A DNA stretch of 64,000 nt from Octopus vulgaris (taxonomy: Eukaryota): positions 18,476,001-18,540,000 of the forward strand of contig OX597835.1 in the NCBI GenBank assembly GCA_951406725.2, written 5' to 3'. How positions within the stretch are numbered: the first letter of the stretch is position 1; every line of letters begins with the position of its first letter. The notes beneath the pieces are model-generated. The model ran no database searches, had not been told where the DNA came from, and saw nothing but the letters and a program-made list of their open reading frames with translations. The translations under genes were made by a program, and so were the position numbers. Positions 45,492-59,235 of the stretch are shown in pieces.

Positions 45492-46612
45492 GGAAACCTG
45501 AGGGTTCTTTTTTTTTATTTGTTTTCCTTTTTAGATGAGAATACATTTGGCAAATATAGGATATTAGCAATCGTTATTTTCTCTATGCACAGAACAATGA
45601 GTGTCATTTATCAACACACAATCTACTTATGCTTAAACTGTTTATTTAGTGCTGAAAAAAACTATCATCTAAATGTTTCCCCATTGTTCCACACACCCAC
45701 ACTTATTCACACACATACATACACAAGCACACACACACACACAAGCTCACATACACACACACACAAGCACACACACACACACACAAGCACACATGCTAAC
45801 AATTCCCCAGGACGTTCGGCAATACACGACGTCGGATCATACCTAGTTTATTGCGGTAATCTTCTGGCGAAGAGCTGCCTGCAGGTCAACCGGTGTTTGT
45901 GGTTTATTGATGTGGAGTCTTTTACTTTGATGTTGCGACAAAGAAAGGAAATAATCGCAATTCGTAAATACAAATGATCGAACGCATCTTAGCATATGAC
46001 TATACCGGCTGGGGAAAAATATATAGTTTGTAAATATCTGTTTTGTAACGTCTGGGAAAGACTTGCCGATAGACTGTCGCTCAGTCACTGTAAATTGTTA
46101 TCGGACCAACAAGTTCCATTATTGTTCGAATCACAGTATTCAGAAGAGGTGCACTTGATGCCTCTTCAAAAGAACCACGTCATCTATACCATAGCGTGCT
46201 TCCAACCATTTTTTTTTTCTTTTTGCCAAAGTTTTCTAGCTTTCACATAATATTGACTTATGTGATGCAGACATATAATTTTATGCTAATGAAAATCGAA
46301 TTCAAGTTAGAGCATCGTCTCACACGAATCTCTCAAACGACAACCGGACGATTATATCTTGATGGAAAACAGCCAGTATATGTGTCTCTTGGCAGTTCTA
46401 ATTCACAGAATATTGTTGTGATAGATGTTAATATGAAGCAAGTCAAATTCCAGTCAACTATTTGTATAAAATCACAACTTAAGAACTTATCTTTGTATGA
46501 CTACATCTGTGAAAAGGGAAACAAAAATCTGAGTGGGTCTCACAAAGCAAGTCACGACAAAAACGAACGAAAAAAAGAAACAAACGCCTCGATGAAGAAG
46601 CTATTATGTGAA

Positions 46613-46663
<51 letters not shown>

Positions 46664-46760
46664 GTACAGAAAAAATTATCAGAACTTTTTCTCACACGTC
46701 TTTCCATATATATCCCATATGGATGTTATTTACATGTATTTTTATGTACATTTATATACA

Positions 46761-46913
46761 TACGTGGGTGAGTCAAAAAGTTCCACCTTCGAATGAGAGC
46801 ATGTATCCCTGCCCCGTAAAATACTGTTGACTGTTCTTTGAGCCACTTCTTAAATACAATTTTTATGTCCTCGTTACTGGAATAAAGTGTGCCTTTCAAA
46901 CCCTCTTTCTTAT

Positions 46914-46915
<2 letters not shown>
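46761..46915 (-). mobile_element. mariner transposase C-terminal remnant with TIR-like end
   Basis: KEGLKGTLYSSNEDIKIVFKKWLKEQSTVFYGAGIHALIRRWN; tacgtgggtgagtcaaaaagt end. Confidence 0.75.
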
Positions 46916-46974
<59 letters not shown>

Positions 46975-47667
46975 TAGGTAGATAAATACAAGCTATATAA
47001 ACGCATCTTCAGTAACATAGATCTGAATATAATGAAAATTATGATGTATAATATTTTTCTTTGTTTCAACCTTTACTATATAGCTACAAACATTAGAGTC
47101 TATATACTTCCGACATCCAAAAGTTAGGACGCTTAACCGAACATAAGCTTCGTTCAAGCTTGAACATCAAATGGGACACTTTGCGACCAACGACAGTGTC
47201 CTGGACTGAGTCAACCGTCAATGCATTGAATCACTGATCATAATACGCTGTCTCCGATAACCAGAACCTGTATCAAGAATGAGTCAAGGTTCCTATGCCC
47301 AAAGATTTCAGCAAGCTCACTTCACGCTGAATAGAGGATACTTCTGAGAGCAATGGAAAAAACCAACTGACAGACACCTAAATGGTTAGAAACACAATCG
47401 TGAAACCATACTAAGTGGCGGTGTTCCTCAATCATCGGAAGCAAAATCTTCGTAGCCACCAGAAGAAGAAAGAAATAAAAAAAAACATAGAGATGAAAGG
47501 GTGTACAAAATCAACCCCTCGCCCTTCACCATCGTTACCATGCAGTCAATGCCATCGACACTTTCATGCGAGAATTGGCCTACGGAGTCATTAACGCCAT
47601 CAGCTCCAAGGAAGTGTTGAACAAAGGAGAAACAAAATTCTTGGATACAAGATAAAGCTGTCAACGA

Positions 47668-47750
<83 letters not shown>

Positions 47751-47957
47751 TTCGGAATGGCTATATTGCCAGTTTAGTCAATAAAAACACACGCACTATA
47801 TATTTGGTGTTATTTTGCTTCAGTGTTATTTATTTTTTGCATTAAACTTAATCTTATTTCGGCCAGTGTTCTTTCGTCACACTCCTGTGACCGCATCAGT
47901 GGTCCTTTGTTTTCTTCTTTCTGATTTGTGTCTCTCCTTACTAACCGTCAGCCATTT

Positions 47958-48004
<47 letters not shown>

Positions 48005-48120
48005 GGCATTATTACACATAAATGCCTCACACTAAGAGGGACTAAGTCATTACTACCAAAATTATACTAATCATACCCAAATGCAGTTTTTCAAAGCAAG
48101 ACATTTAAAAAATGAATTTG

Positions 48121-48176
48121 GTTCTGTATCACCGTGATTTCACATTCAACTTGTTTCTTATGATCCTCAGCAGAAC
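48121..48176 (-). ncRNA. Type I hammerhead ribozyme, copy 1
   Basis: gttctg-CTGAGGA-tcat...atgt-GAAA-tcacggtga-TA-cagaac; 6-bp stem I. Confidence 0.7.
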
Positions 48177-48599
48177 TGATTCTGAACACATCATAAATAA
48201 ACTACCAACCTTACGTAGCGAAGACTACCAGACAACTGATCACTCCGGCCAAGCACATGGAATGTTTATAAATCATATATCCGGTAAATGGCGGGCTTTT
48301 TACGAACTGCATGTCGGGTAATAAAAAGTATTTCGGAATAAGTTTAACAATTAAGGATAACCTCTTAATAAGGAATCTTAACAAGAAATTATCGGGTAGT
48401 TAGCGTGAAAACCTCATAAAAGAAAAGAATTCGAAAATAATTTTTTCTTTTGAACAAATTAATTATATCTATATTGTATAGAGGGCATTATTACACATAA
48501 ATGCCTCACACTAAGAGGGACTAAGTCATTACTACCAAAATTATACTAATCATACCCAAATGCAGTTTTTCAAAGCAAGACATTTAAAAAAATGAATTT

Positions 48600-48657
48600 A
48601 GTTCTGTATCACCGTGATTTCACATTCAACTTGCGTCTTATGATCCTCAGCAGAACT
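48600..48657 (-). ncRNA. Type I hammerhead ribozyme, copy 2
   Basis: agttctg-CTGAGGA-t cat aa gac GCAA gtt ga atg t-GAAA-tca cgg tga-TA-cagaact; 7-bp stem I, AUA cleavage triplet. Confidence 0.78.
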
Positions 48658-49128
48658 GATTCTGAACACATCATAAATAAACTACCAACCTTACGTAGCG
48701 AAGACTACCAGACAACTGATCACTCCGGCCAAGCACATGGAATGTTTATAAATCATATATCCGGTAAATGGCGGGCTTTTTACGAACTGCATGTCGGGTA
48801 ATAAAAAGTATTTCGGAATAAGTTTTGAGGATCATAAGACGCAAGTTGAATGTGAAATCACGGTATACAGAACTAAATTCATTTTTTAAATGTCTTGCTT
48901 TGAAAACTGCATTTGGGTATGATTAGTATAATTTTGGTAGTAATGACTTAGTCCCTCTTAGTGTGAGGCATTTATGTGTAATAATCCCTCTATACAATAT
49001 AGATATAATTAATTTGTTCAAAAGAAAAAATTATTTTCGAATTCTTTTCTTTTATGAGGTTTTCACACTAACTACCCGATAATTTCTTGTTAAGATTCCT
49101 TATTAAGAGGTTATCCTTAATTGTTAAA

Positions 49129-49187
<59 letters not shown>

Positions 49188-49219
49188 ATGTGTGTGTATG
49201 TGTGTGTGTGTGTACATAC

Positions 49220-49261
<42 letters not shown>

Positions 49262-49871
49262 GAGTGTGTGTACATACATATATACACATGCATGTATAAA
49301 GAAAAAAGCAATTAGCTTGACAAAATGAGATGAGTAAGCAATGGTAAAATTTATATAATATATAAAGCAACAGCTGTCAATTTGCTGATGAAACGGGAAG
49401 CAATAACAATTAATATAATTATGCGAGCGAAAGATTTAATGCTTAGTATTATCCACTGTATGAAAAAGGAAATTGATTGTATGAAAGATGAATAAGTGAG
49501 AATGAGAGCAGAACACGTAAGCTCATGGGTTAAAGAACCTATCTTATGCAGACGTCTGTTTCGTCAATGGAAGATCGGTGAATTAAGAAGAGACGTAGTG
49601 TAGTACACAGGGTGACAGCGGCAGTGTCAGAGGAAACAGAGAAAAGGAGTGCATAAAAGAAAATAGTCATGGGTCAAGAGAAACAGACAGAGAGAGGAGG
49701 AGAAATCGAAGGACATATTGTGCAAAAGACAACGAATAGCAGAGATATATTGGTTAGAACCTGAATTGAAGAGCTATTATTTGTACATTTCTCACAAGGC
49801 GTGTGTGTCGCATGCTTAAAAGTAATTTATTTAGTTGTGAACTACCAGCGTAATATCTATCTCTCTATTTA

Positions 49872-50018
<147 letters not shown>

Positions 50019-50029
50019 ATATAAGTGAA

Positions 50030-50363
50030 GGCGCGTGGCTCAGTGGTTAGAGCGTCGAGCTTACGATCGTGAGGTTGTGAGCTCGAATCCCGGACCGGGC
50101 TGTGTGTTGTGTTCTTGAGCAAGACACTATTTCACGTTGCTCCAGTTCACTCAGCTGTAGAAATGATTGCGACGTCACATATGCCAAGCTGTATCGGCCC
50201 TTGCCTTTCTCTTGGACAACATCGGTGACGTTGAGAGGGGAGGCCGGTATGCATGGGCGACTGCTGGTCTTCCATAAAAAAAAACAACCTTGCCCAGACT
50301 TGTGCCTTAGAGGGTAACTCTCTAGGTGCAAACCCATGGTCAGTGTCTGACCGAAGGGGGTCA
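50030..50363 (+). mobile_element. SINE family B
   Basis: ggcgcgtggctcagtggttagagcg...gctcgaatccc; homologous to 15046-15363. Confidence 0.88.
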
Positions 50364-50657
50364 CCACCATATATATATATACATATATTTTTTAATAGTA
50401 TATTATTATTATTAATATAAGGAAATTGATATCCAAACTCATCATAAAGATATAACTGTGTGAAAGACCTTATTGTACTAAAAATATATAGAAAAATAAA
50501 TATAAAAATATAAATATAATGTATAATATAAATTTGATAGATTAAAAATTTTGAATTAATGATTTAAGCATCTTACGATCGTTTCGCTTTACACGGCTTT
50601 ACAATTATAATGTTTATGTACAGTCCATTTCAGTTCGCAGAATATATATATATATAT

Positions 50658-50960
50658 GGATTTGGTAGACGGAAACTGAAAGTAGCCTGTCGTATATATG
50701 TATATATATATATATATATACATATATATATGTGTGTGTGTGTGTGTATGTTTGTGTATCTGTGTTTGTCCTACTAGCTTTGCTTGACAACCGATGCTGG
50801 TGTGTTTACGTCCGCGTAACTTAGCAGATCGGCAAAAGAGACCGATAGAATAAGTACTGGGCTTACAAAGAATAAGTCGCGGGGTCGATTTGCTCGACTA
50901 AAGGCGGTGCTCCAGCATGGCCGCAGTCAAATGACTGAAACAAGTAAAAGAGTAAAGAGT
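50658..50960 (+). mobile_element. 5'-truncated SINE family A
   Basis: Body and gagtaaa tail match family A. Confidence 0.85.
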
Positions 50961-50977
50961 AAGAAGAGAATATATAC

Positions 50978-51010
<33 letters not shown>

Positions 51011-51368
51011 TATGTATATATGTATATATATATAAATGCTTGTGTAGTGTGTATGTATCTCGGTGGGGGTGGCTATTTCTATCAAGACAAAATGCAAGTT
51101 AAGAAAGGCCTCATGTGTCTATGGTCTTATCTTATCTTGTATTTCAGTATTTCAGTGTCAGTGTATGTTTGGGAGGTCGTTAGAGAAAAAGGTCTTTTTA
51201 GCTGAATTTTCCTCGTCTCCAGTGTGAATTTGTTAATAAATGTCCCCAATGTTCCTTTCTGTAGCTTGAATGGGAACTCTGCTGTTTGACTGGCATATCC
51301 CTGAGATATCATTGACAGCTGAAGAAGTAGCACACGTATATTTGTTTGATGGTATTTCCCTGTATAGA

Positions 51369-51605
51369 GGCGGCGAGCTGGCAGAAACGTTAGCACGCCG
51401 GGCGAAATGCGAAGCTGTATATTTCGTCTGCCGTTACGTTCTGAGTTCAAATTCCGCCGAGGTCAACTTTGCCTTTCATCCTTTCGGGGTCGATAAATTA
51501 AGTACCAGTTACGCACTGGGGGGTCGATATAATCGACTTAATCCGTTTGTCTGACCTTGTTTGTCCCCTCTATGTTTAGCCCCTTGTGGGTAATAACGAA
51601 ACAGA
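51369..51605 (+). mobile_element. SINE family C with Tx1-like tail (partial re-duplication at ~51645-51712)
   Basis: ggcggcgagctggcagaa head, gagttcaaattcc box B, central gcctttcatcctttcggggtcgataaattaagtacc (recalls the Meta-type SINE domain). Confidence 0.88.
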
Positions 51606-52252
51606 TGATAAGAACGAATCAACATTCAATTTAATAAAAAAATCAGAAACGTTAGCACGCCGGGCGAAATGCGAAGCTGTATTTCGTCTGCCGTTACGTT
51701 CTGAGTTCAAATGGGTCATCTGTGTGATTTAAATACAACAGAATGCACTAACTGTCTATTCTAGTTTGTTTATAAATTACATACCGAAAGATTATTCAAA
51801 CTTTATGGAATATCTGGGACATCAATTCATTATAATGTGTATGATGTACCAGGAAAAAAGTAAATGACATTAGATGCATCGTCTAATGTAATGTGGTGCT
51901 TATATTAAATAGCATTAAGTATCTTTAATGTGTCTTATAACACGACGTATAAACTATGACAACTAATTTTCGTTAAGTTTAAGTATATATTCACTGAGAG
52001 AAAGGAGGTAAATTTGCCATAAATTGCGGTTCATTAGTTCGAGAAGTAGAAATGAAATCTTAATCTATGTCGTAGCATTTCTCGACGGTTGTTGGGTGAT
52101 GAAATTTTGCGAGAGATGTGAGAAAATTTGTGCACTCGAAATGAAGCTGTTTATGCTATTTTCAGATCTTGATACAGGAATCTCTTGGGGAAATATTTAC
52201 GCCATCCCATGTATCCTTTAAAAGTACGGGTATAGCACATAGTATATAGAAA

Positions 52253-52480
52253 GGCGGCGAGCTAGCAGAATCGTTAGCACGTCGGGCGAAATGCTTAGCG
52301 GTATTTCGGCTGCCTTTACGTTGTGAGTTCAAATTCCGCCGAGGTCGACTTTGCCTTTCATCCTTTCGGGGTCGATAAATTAAGTACCAGTTAAGCACTG
52401 GGGTCGATATAATCGACCCTATGTCTGTCCATGTTTGTCTCCTCTACGTTCAGCCCTTTCTGGGTAATAAAGAAATAGGA
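52253..52480 (+). mobile_element. SINE family C with Tx1-like tail (more diverged family C copies at ~38720-38910, ~54945-55100, ~55560-55715)
   Basis: Colinear with 51369-51605. Confidence 0.88.
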
Positions 52481-52619
52481 TATAGCACAGTTGTGCGGGC
52501 CATCGATTACATCCTCTGAGTATATCGTGATATTGTCATTATAACAAGGTTAGGTCATTGTGGGTCAAAGAATTAGATACGACTCTCTGTGGAACCCTTC
52601 ATTGTAGCTTGCATGCTTT

Positions 52620-53330
52620 ACGATCTTACTTGACCTGGCTGAGATCATCCAAGCTTAGTGGACCTAGAGGATTCCTCGCGCGTAAGGCACACCAGGTCCA
52701 CCACTGCACTCCATCGCTGGCAGTCCTCTGCCAGCTCCTCCGTACTCATACAGATGATGTCGGTGATTTGCAGACCTTTCTTAACCACGTCCAGCCATCT
52801 ACTGTAGAGGATTCGACGAGGCCTCTTCTAGCTTGATGCTTCTGCGTCGAATGAGAATAAGGCCATGGTAGGATGCCCTAGAAGGAGGCGGGTGTCAAGT
52901 CTGTACCAGAACATGCCACGGATAGTTATTAGACGAGAGGCTGCAGGCTGATGTGCGCACAGCTCAGTAGTTTGTTGGAAGGCTGCTGGTGCCATCTGAA
53001 TATTCTCGATGGTTCCTAGGGCTGGAATATCGAAGCCGTCGATTCTCTTTGCCAGGGTATTCGCGAGGGGCTGTATTTCTACTCCATAGAGGAAAACTGA
53101 GAGGATCGACAGGTTGTAGATAGGAAGCTTTGTCTTCCGGGAGATAGTGCAGTGACGTCGGAGGGACTTCCATAAGGATCATATGACTCCGACAGCCAAG
53201 CCACGTCTGCGGTTTTTCTATGGGGCCAGGTTTTGCATTGTTTGTAACTGTCAGCTCTGGCAGATGAAAGTGCCGACCAATTGGTATTGGTCAATAGTGT
53301 TGAAACTTGGCACGCAGCCACTTGAGGATA
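52620..53330 (-). mobile_element. Degraded RTE-clade LINE 3' portion
   Basis: HPTMALFSFDAEASS*KRPRRILYSRWLDVVKKGL...EELAEDCQRWSAVV resembles the RTE C-terminal KRPRGRP..RWLD...DR..WR motif. Confidence 0.65.
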
Positions 53331-53475
53331 GTTACCATTTTGTTATGTAGAAATATGCATTCCTTGCGACTTATAACCCATGAAATCGAAAATACGACAA
53401 AAGATAGCAGTTTTTAAAAGTTTCAATTGCGTTGCGAAGCCGGAAAAAGGAATTTAACCGCCAAGTTCTGTATTC

Positions 53476-53857
53476 ACCTTCCTTGTAACCCTAATTCGCA
53501 ATAAAATATCGCATCACGGTTACGAATTTCGAAAGCTGCATTTTTCGAACCACCCTAATGTGGAATGTCTATCTATCTATCTATGCATACATGCATATAT
53601 ATATATGTTCATTGTTTAAACCTACGACAAAAGATAGCAATATTTAAACCACCTGATGAATGACTGTAACTCGAAAAAAAGAAATTAAGAGCCATGCCGA
53701 TCGTAGTGATATATTAATTTCATTTTTTTACCTTCCTTGTAACCCTAATTCGCAATAAAATATCGCATCACGGTTACGAATTTCGAAAGCTGCATTTTTC
53801 GAACCACCCTAATGTGGAATGTCTATCTAGCTATCTATGCATACATGCATATATATA

Positions 53858-53863
<6 letters not shown>
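53476..53863. repeat. Direct duplication of ~130 bp (53476-53607, 53730-53863), possibly a DNA-transposon end
   Basis: accttccttgtaaccctaattcg...tttttcgaaccaccctaatgtggaatg repeated 254 bp apart. Confidence 0.85.
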
Positions 53864-53909
<46 letters not shown>

Positions 53910-54408
53910 CATACGTATATATATACATACATATATATATATATATACACATACATATATGTGTAACGCGTTTCTAATGTAAAGAATTTACTCTTTCACA
54001 GGGATGTATCCCATTCAAGAGTACAGCGTTTTACCTCCATATCGATTAAATTTCCTAGAATCTGTTAATTTATGCTTTAGTATTGGAGCTTAACACTTAC
54101 AAATTCCAGTTGACATTATAGATGTTTTCATCTATCCGATATAGAACAGAATTTAAGAATATAATATGAAGAAACGGAATCCAAAGACACACATGCTGAC
54201 AGACACAAACACACATCAAGGAGCCCTCCACCCATTAAGATGTAAACGAATATATATGAGTATTTGTCAAATTTTTCTCTGAAGAAATTTTTTCGTTTTT
54301 AATTCATAATGAAATTTTAATTGTAAAATATGAATGAAGGTGTCATAGGCGACATGAAATAGTCTATTATATAGATAAATTCTTTTTTCTATGTTCATAC
54401 TCTCCATT

Positions 54409-54496
<88 letters not shown>

Positions 54497-56320
54497 ACGA
54501 GAAAGAACGTCTTTCTGTCAGACCGTTTGCAGTCACCTACCGAATTCTTACAATTTTGTAATCTGAAATCTAATATAAACATTCAGTGTTCTGTAGATAT
54601 AATTATATCACTTGTAATTTTGTTTCTTTCCTTCGAAAATCTATGTATCTACCTAGCTAAAAGCTAAGAAACTCCGTTATTAGAGTAACGTGTGTCTTGC
54701 AAAATATGTTAGGCATTTGTAAGGCAACATTATTCCATGGAACATCTAATATGAAGTTTCAAATAACTTCTTTGCTGCGAGCGCAGACATTTCTTTTTCT
54801 GAACCGAACACCGCTTTTTTTGTGTGTGTGTATGTGTGGGGAAGCGGGTGTTTGTATTTACATTTTGGATTTCAGCGCTGAAAATTTATATTTTGCATTC
54901 ATGAGAGCGTTGTTTGTATCTTGTTAATATTGCCGCTGATGAAGACGACGCGCCGGCACAATCGTTCTGAGTTAAAATTATACCAGGGTCGTCTTTGCCT
55001 TACGTACTTTCGGGGTCAATAAAGTACGCCAAATTTGAGCTCAGGGGTAGAGGAAATCGATTTTTCCTTCCACCGAAATAGCAAGCTTGTAGCAAAATTT
55101 CAAATAATGCTTTCAGTCGAAATTTCGTAAATGAAATTTGTGTTGGATAGAATGCCTCGATAATTCACTTACCCTTGCATGTTCCACAAAATGCATTTGT
55201 AATTCAGTTACCCATGTATGTCGGACATTAAATTCACATGCAAATTAAGTTACTCGCGCGGATGGTATACCTAGGATCTGTGCTGCTTACAAGACAAAAG
55301 TTTCGATCAAATGAGAGGCTAAATTTCTTAGCGCAACAAATATTGTAAACAAAATTCCTTAATCCATTGAAAAATACAAAAATCTACCAACAACGACAAC
55401 AAATGTGAATACTTCCTGAAAAAAAAAATGAAGAGAGAAATCATTGATCAGCTGCCAATGAGGCGTCAGGGACACTCACTTGCTTTGGAGTGATATACTT
55501 CAAGTTTTTTCTAACTTTCATATGTTATTAAACCTACAGAATTCTTTATGTTTTGATTGCATCGAGCCCAGTGCTCAACTGGTACTTAATTTATCGATCC
55601 CGAGAGAATGAACGGCAAAGTCGAAACTTGACGATATTTTCAACTCAGAACTGAAAGACGGACGAAATTCTGCCGACATTTTATTCTGTATGCTAATAAT
55701 TATGCCAGTTCGCTACTTTACATCTGAGAACAGTTTAAGGAAATTATAGGTTTTAGAGAGGATAACGCAAAGATTCAAGTTATATTCGGGCTTTCAATAT
55801 AACCTTGTAACGATTCTGGGAATCTTCAGCTCCTTAGAGGTTAATTTAACGTACATGCGTAACACTTCGTCAAAGAAATTAAGGGTAACTGTTGTGGTAA
55901 AAATATAATCCACCATCGTTATTTATATCGTTGATGGTGCCCAATTTACACGCGAGTACTCTTGTGAGGTCCAATGGAAACTATAAGTAGAATAGCGTAC
56001 AACAACGTATCATAAGTTTCTATGAAATCTGCTTCTACTTTCATAAGATTAACTGAAGGCAATGTATCACAGTAATGTATTCCTTGAATGGTAATCTATA
56101 GAATTTATTTTCTCCGATCTTCATGCAAGATAATGATACGCAGTTTGCTATTAATAGACGCATGTATACAAACCAGACGACAGAAACTATATCCATTATT
56201 CCAGCCACCCATCGATCCAACCATCATTACATTCGTCCATCCTCCTGCCTCATTTATCTAACTGTCTGTCTGTCTATTTGTTAGTCTACTTGTCTGTCTG
56301 CCTGAGTGTATGTCATTATA

Positions 56321-56465
<145 letters not shown>

Positions 56466-56470
56466 GTGTA

Positions 56471-56557
<87 letters not shown>

Positions 56558-57572
56558 GTTTATATTCTATATGCATGTATAAAAGTGTGGGTATGTGTGG
56601 CCTGAAACATTTATCATGCGCACACACACACAGACGTGCGCACTCGTACATATACGCACATATTCACACACTCTCTATAACACACCCAATCTCTGTCCCT
56701 CTCTCTCTCCCTCACGCACACACGCACACACATAAAAACACACACGCCGGATTAACAGTCTCGGTCACAACTTCATTAGAAAATCTAGTATTTTTTTTCT
56801 AACAGACATTTAGTATAAATGGTCTTCAAGTCAGTAGACGTCGTAAGAAAATCTTTGTTCATATTTATATTATTTATATCTTCAACCGCCATTTTCTTCA
56901 GCTTCTGTAATCTCTTACAGTTATTTTTGCCGCAGACATTCTGCACTTTTTCAGGAAATACTTTCACAGCAGGAACTCTGTTTTCATTAAACTCTATTGT
57001 AACATCACGCAATGTCTTGCATCTATAATGTATAAAATATCTAACCAGCCAGCTGCAATGCCTGCCAATACTTAACTAATCTTGCTCGGGTGATTGTTTT
57101 GTTTCCTCGGTAATTCTCTTTCATTTCTGAAGCTACTACACCACTCATATTATTATAGTTATCGGCACACTGATAATCATGCAGTTATCGAATGAAATAG
57201 TTGATTTCATACCAGGACGGGTTTGATATCGCGGAAAATACACTATTTCAATATTCTTCATTAGAATATTCGACTATACGAGAGAACAATGCTAAAGAAA
57301 TGCCCCAAACAGCACATAGCTTTGGTGTAATCTTCATCTTCTTTCGCCGACATTTTGAAGCGTATTGAAATAAATATTCGAGTACAGGAACGAGAAATAT
57401 ATCCAGATCAACAACGTACACCTCGCTGAAGTATCCCTGCAAATTTAGAGTACCAGCGAGCAGTCACTAAAAGATATTACTATAAGTGTTATCAGAGTTC
57501 ATGGATATACATATATCGATCTATGTGAGCGTTCATATTTGAGCATGTATACATATGTTACGCTGACACATG

Positions 57573-57652
<80 letters not shown>

Positions 57653-58639
57653 TGTGTATGTGTTTGTGTTCTTCTGTCTCCTTGTATCTTTCTGTGTTCC
57701 TTTCTGTGGAAAAGCGTAGGATCGAAACGTTAAAGACTTTTTCACTTCCCGAAATGAAGGAAATAAGGTAGGGATGGTAATTTAGAAATGTCGATTTTTG
57801 CCCATTTTCTTAGCAGAATCTTATTCGCCGTAGCCGAAAAGGGGGTGCTTGTGTCGAAGAAAGAAAAAAAATTAAGAGTATGAATGTATGAATGTATATT
57901 TACGTCGTAGGCATCTACTCAAGACAAGTGTATCTATTTCTCCCTCGATTGAAATTCAAATCTTCTGGAGCTCTCACCAAAGGTGTTTTCAAGGCAGATC
58001 CGGTAACTTCAAAGAAGGAGTGTTACTTATTTGCATACCTTAGGTATTTCATTATTCATTTAATATCAGAATTTATTTCAAAGGCAATCTTAGTCCACAT
58101 ATTATCAAGTTATGATATAATCTATTAGACACCTACATGAATATGATGATAGTCGCCCATTCATAAACCCGAGAGAGATCATCGCTGACCAATATCCACG
58201 CAAAATGCCAGTAATATCCGTGTATAGTATTATTGCAACAACGGGCCTTCATCCGGGTTCGTGTCAGGGGTTTCCATGCTCGTCGCGACTCCCTCCTGCT
58301 CGACCAGGCTTCGAATAATGACCTCGCTATTTAGATTTTAACTCCAATAAGGATTACAAAACGTCTCACAGACACTCTTCTCCATACTGAGATGATGATC
58401 AGCAGATAAATTAGAACTTTATATGTCTCAAACCTGGTAGATGAGAGTATCATGAACTCAAGCGCAAGTTAAACATTCCTAAAATAGTCATAGTATTCCC
58501 AGCATATTTGCTTTTATATCAGAAATATCTCTTCCTGTATATTTGATTAAGAGATGCGGATGGGTGCCTCTCTCCCAGTGTTCTTCCTATTGCTTAATAA
58601 CTGTTGAAACTACACTAGGTTCATCCTTCCTTTCGGTAG

Positions 58640-58815
58640 ATGTTGTTTCTATTCCTGCTTAGATTCTAGAAAACCATCCTCATCTGCTGAGATTAGCAGG
58701 AATGCAGTTTATGTCACGGGACACACGGTTATGCGGCAAGTTGAACTGAATTACCTGTTACCAGCAGAAAACTTTCAAAGCTATATGTCTATATGTATGT
58801 ATATATGTACGTATG

Positions 58816-58875
<60 letters not shown>

Positions 58876-59002
58876 ACATGAAAAAGTATGGTAAATATAC
58901 AAAATACATAACGTATACAGTGTAAAACTGTACGAGAGATATACACACGCGCGCGTGGACACACACACACACACACACACACAATATATATATATATATA
59001 TA

Positions 59003-59034
<32 letters not shown>

Positions 59035-59187
59035 CACGCGCGCGTGTGTATATATGTATATATGAACCTGAGTATCAACAATTGGCTGATTAATGATGAA
59101 GAAGAAGGGACCTTGTGTTTATCTCCCGTCCAGTCTTACGCTCTGTATACGTTATGTATTTTGTATATTTACCATACTTTTTCATGT

Positions 59188-59235
<48 letters not shown>

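Larger units (their letters stand above)
48001..49133 (-). mobile_element. Tandem + inverted ~480-bp hammerhead-containing non-autonomous element (retrozyme / Penelope pLTR-like) embedded in (TA)n
   Basis: Direct repeat with 479-480 bp period over 48001-48825; 48826-49133 is the reverse complement of ~48338-48649. Confidence 0.8.

Noticed and set aside
46196-46771. 191-aa ORF as a possible host exon
   Set aside because: No recognisable motif, runs into microsatellite, no splice evidence
48112-48801. Duplicated 69-aa ORF MNLVLYHRDF...
   Set aside because: Antisense to the hammerhead, no recognisable domain; duplication is explained by the tandem unit
50030-50100. tRNA gene (also 15046-15115)
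   Set aside because: tRNA-like head runs into a SINE body shared by two loci; no convincing acceptor stem or terminator
53654-53680. CTGATGA...GAAA hammerhead-like spacing
   Set aside because: No helix III, cleavage triplet or stem I
56785-57070. Possible pogo/Tigger transposase remnant
   Set aside because: Only vague resemblance (GWL, VFPEKV); insufficient support
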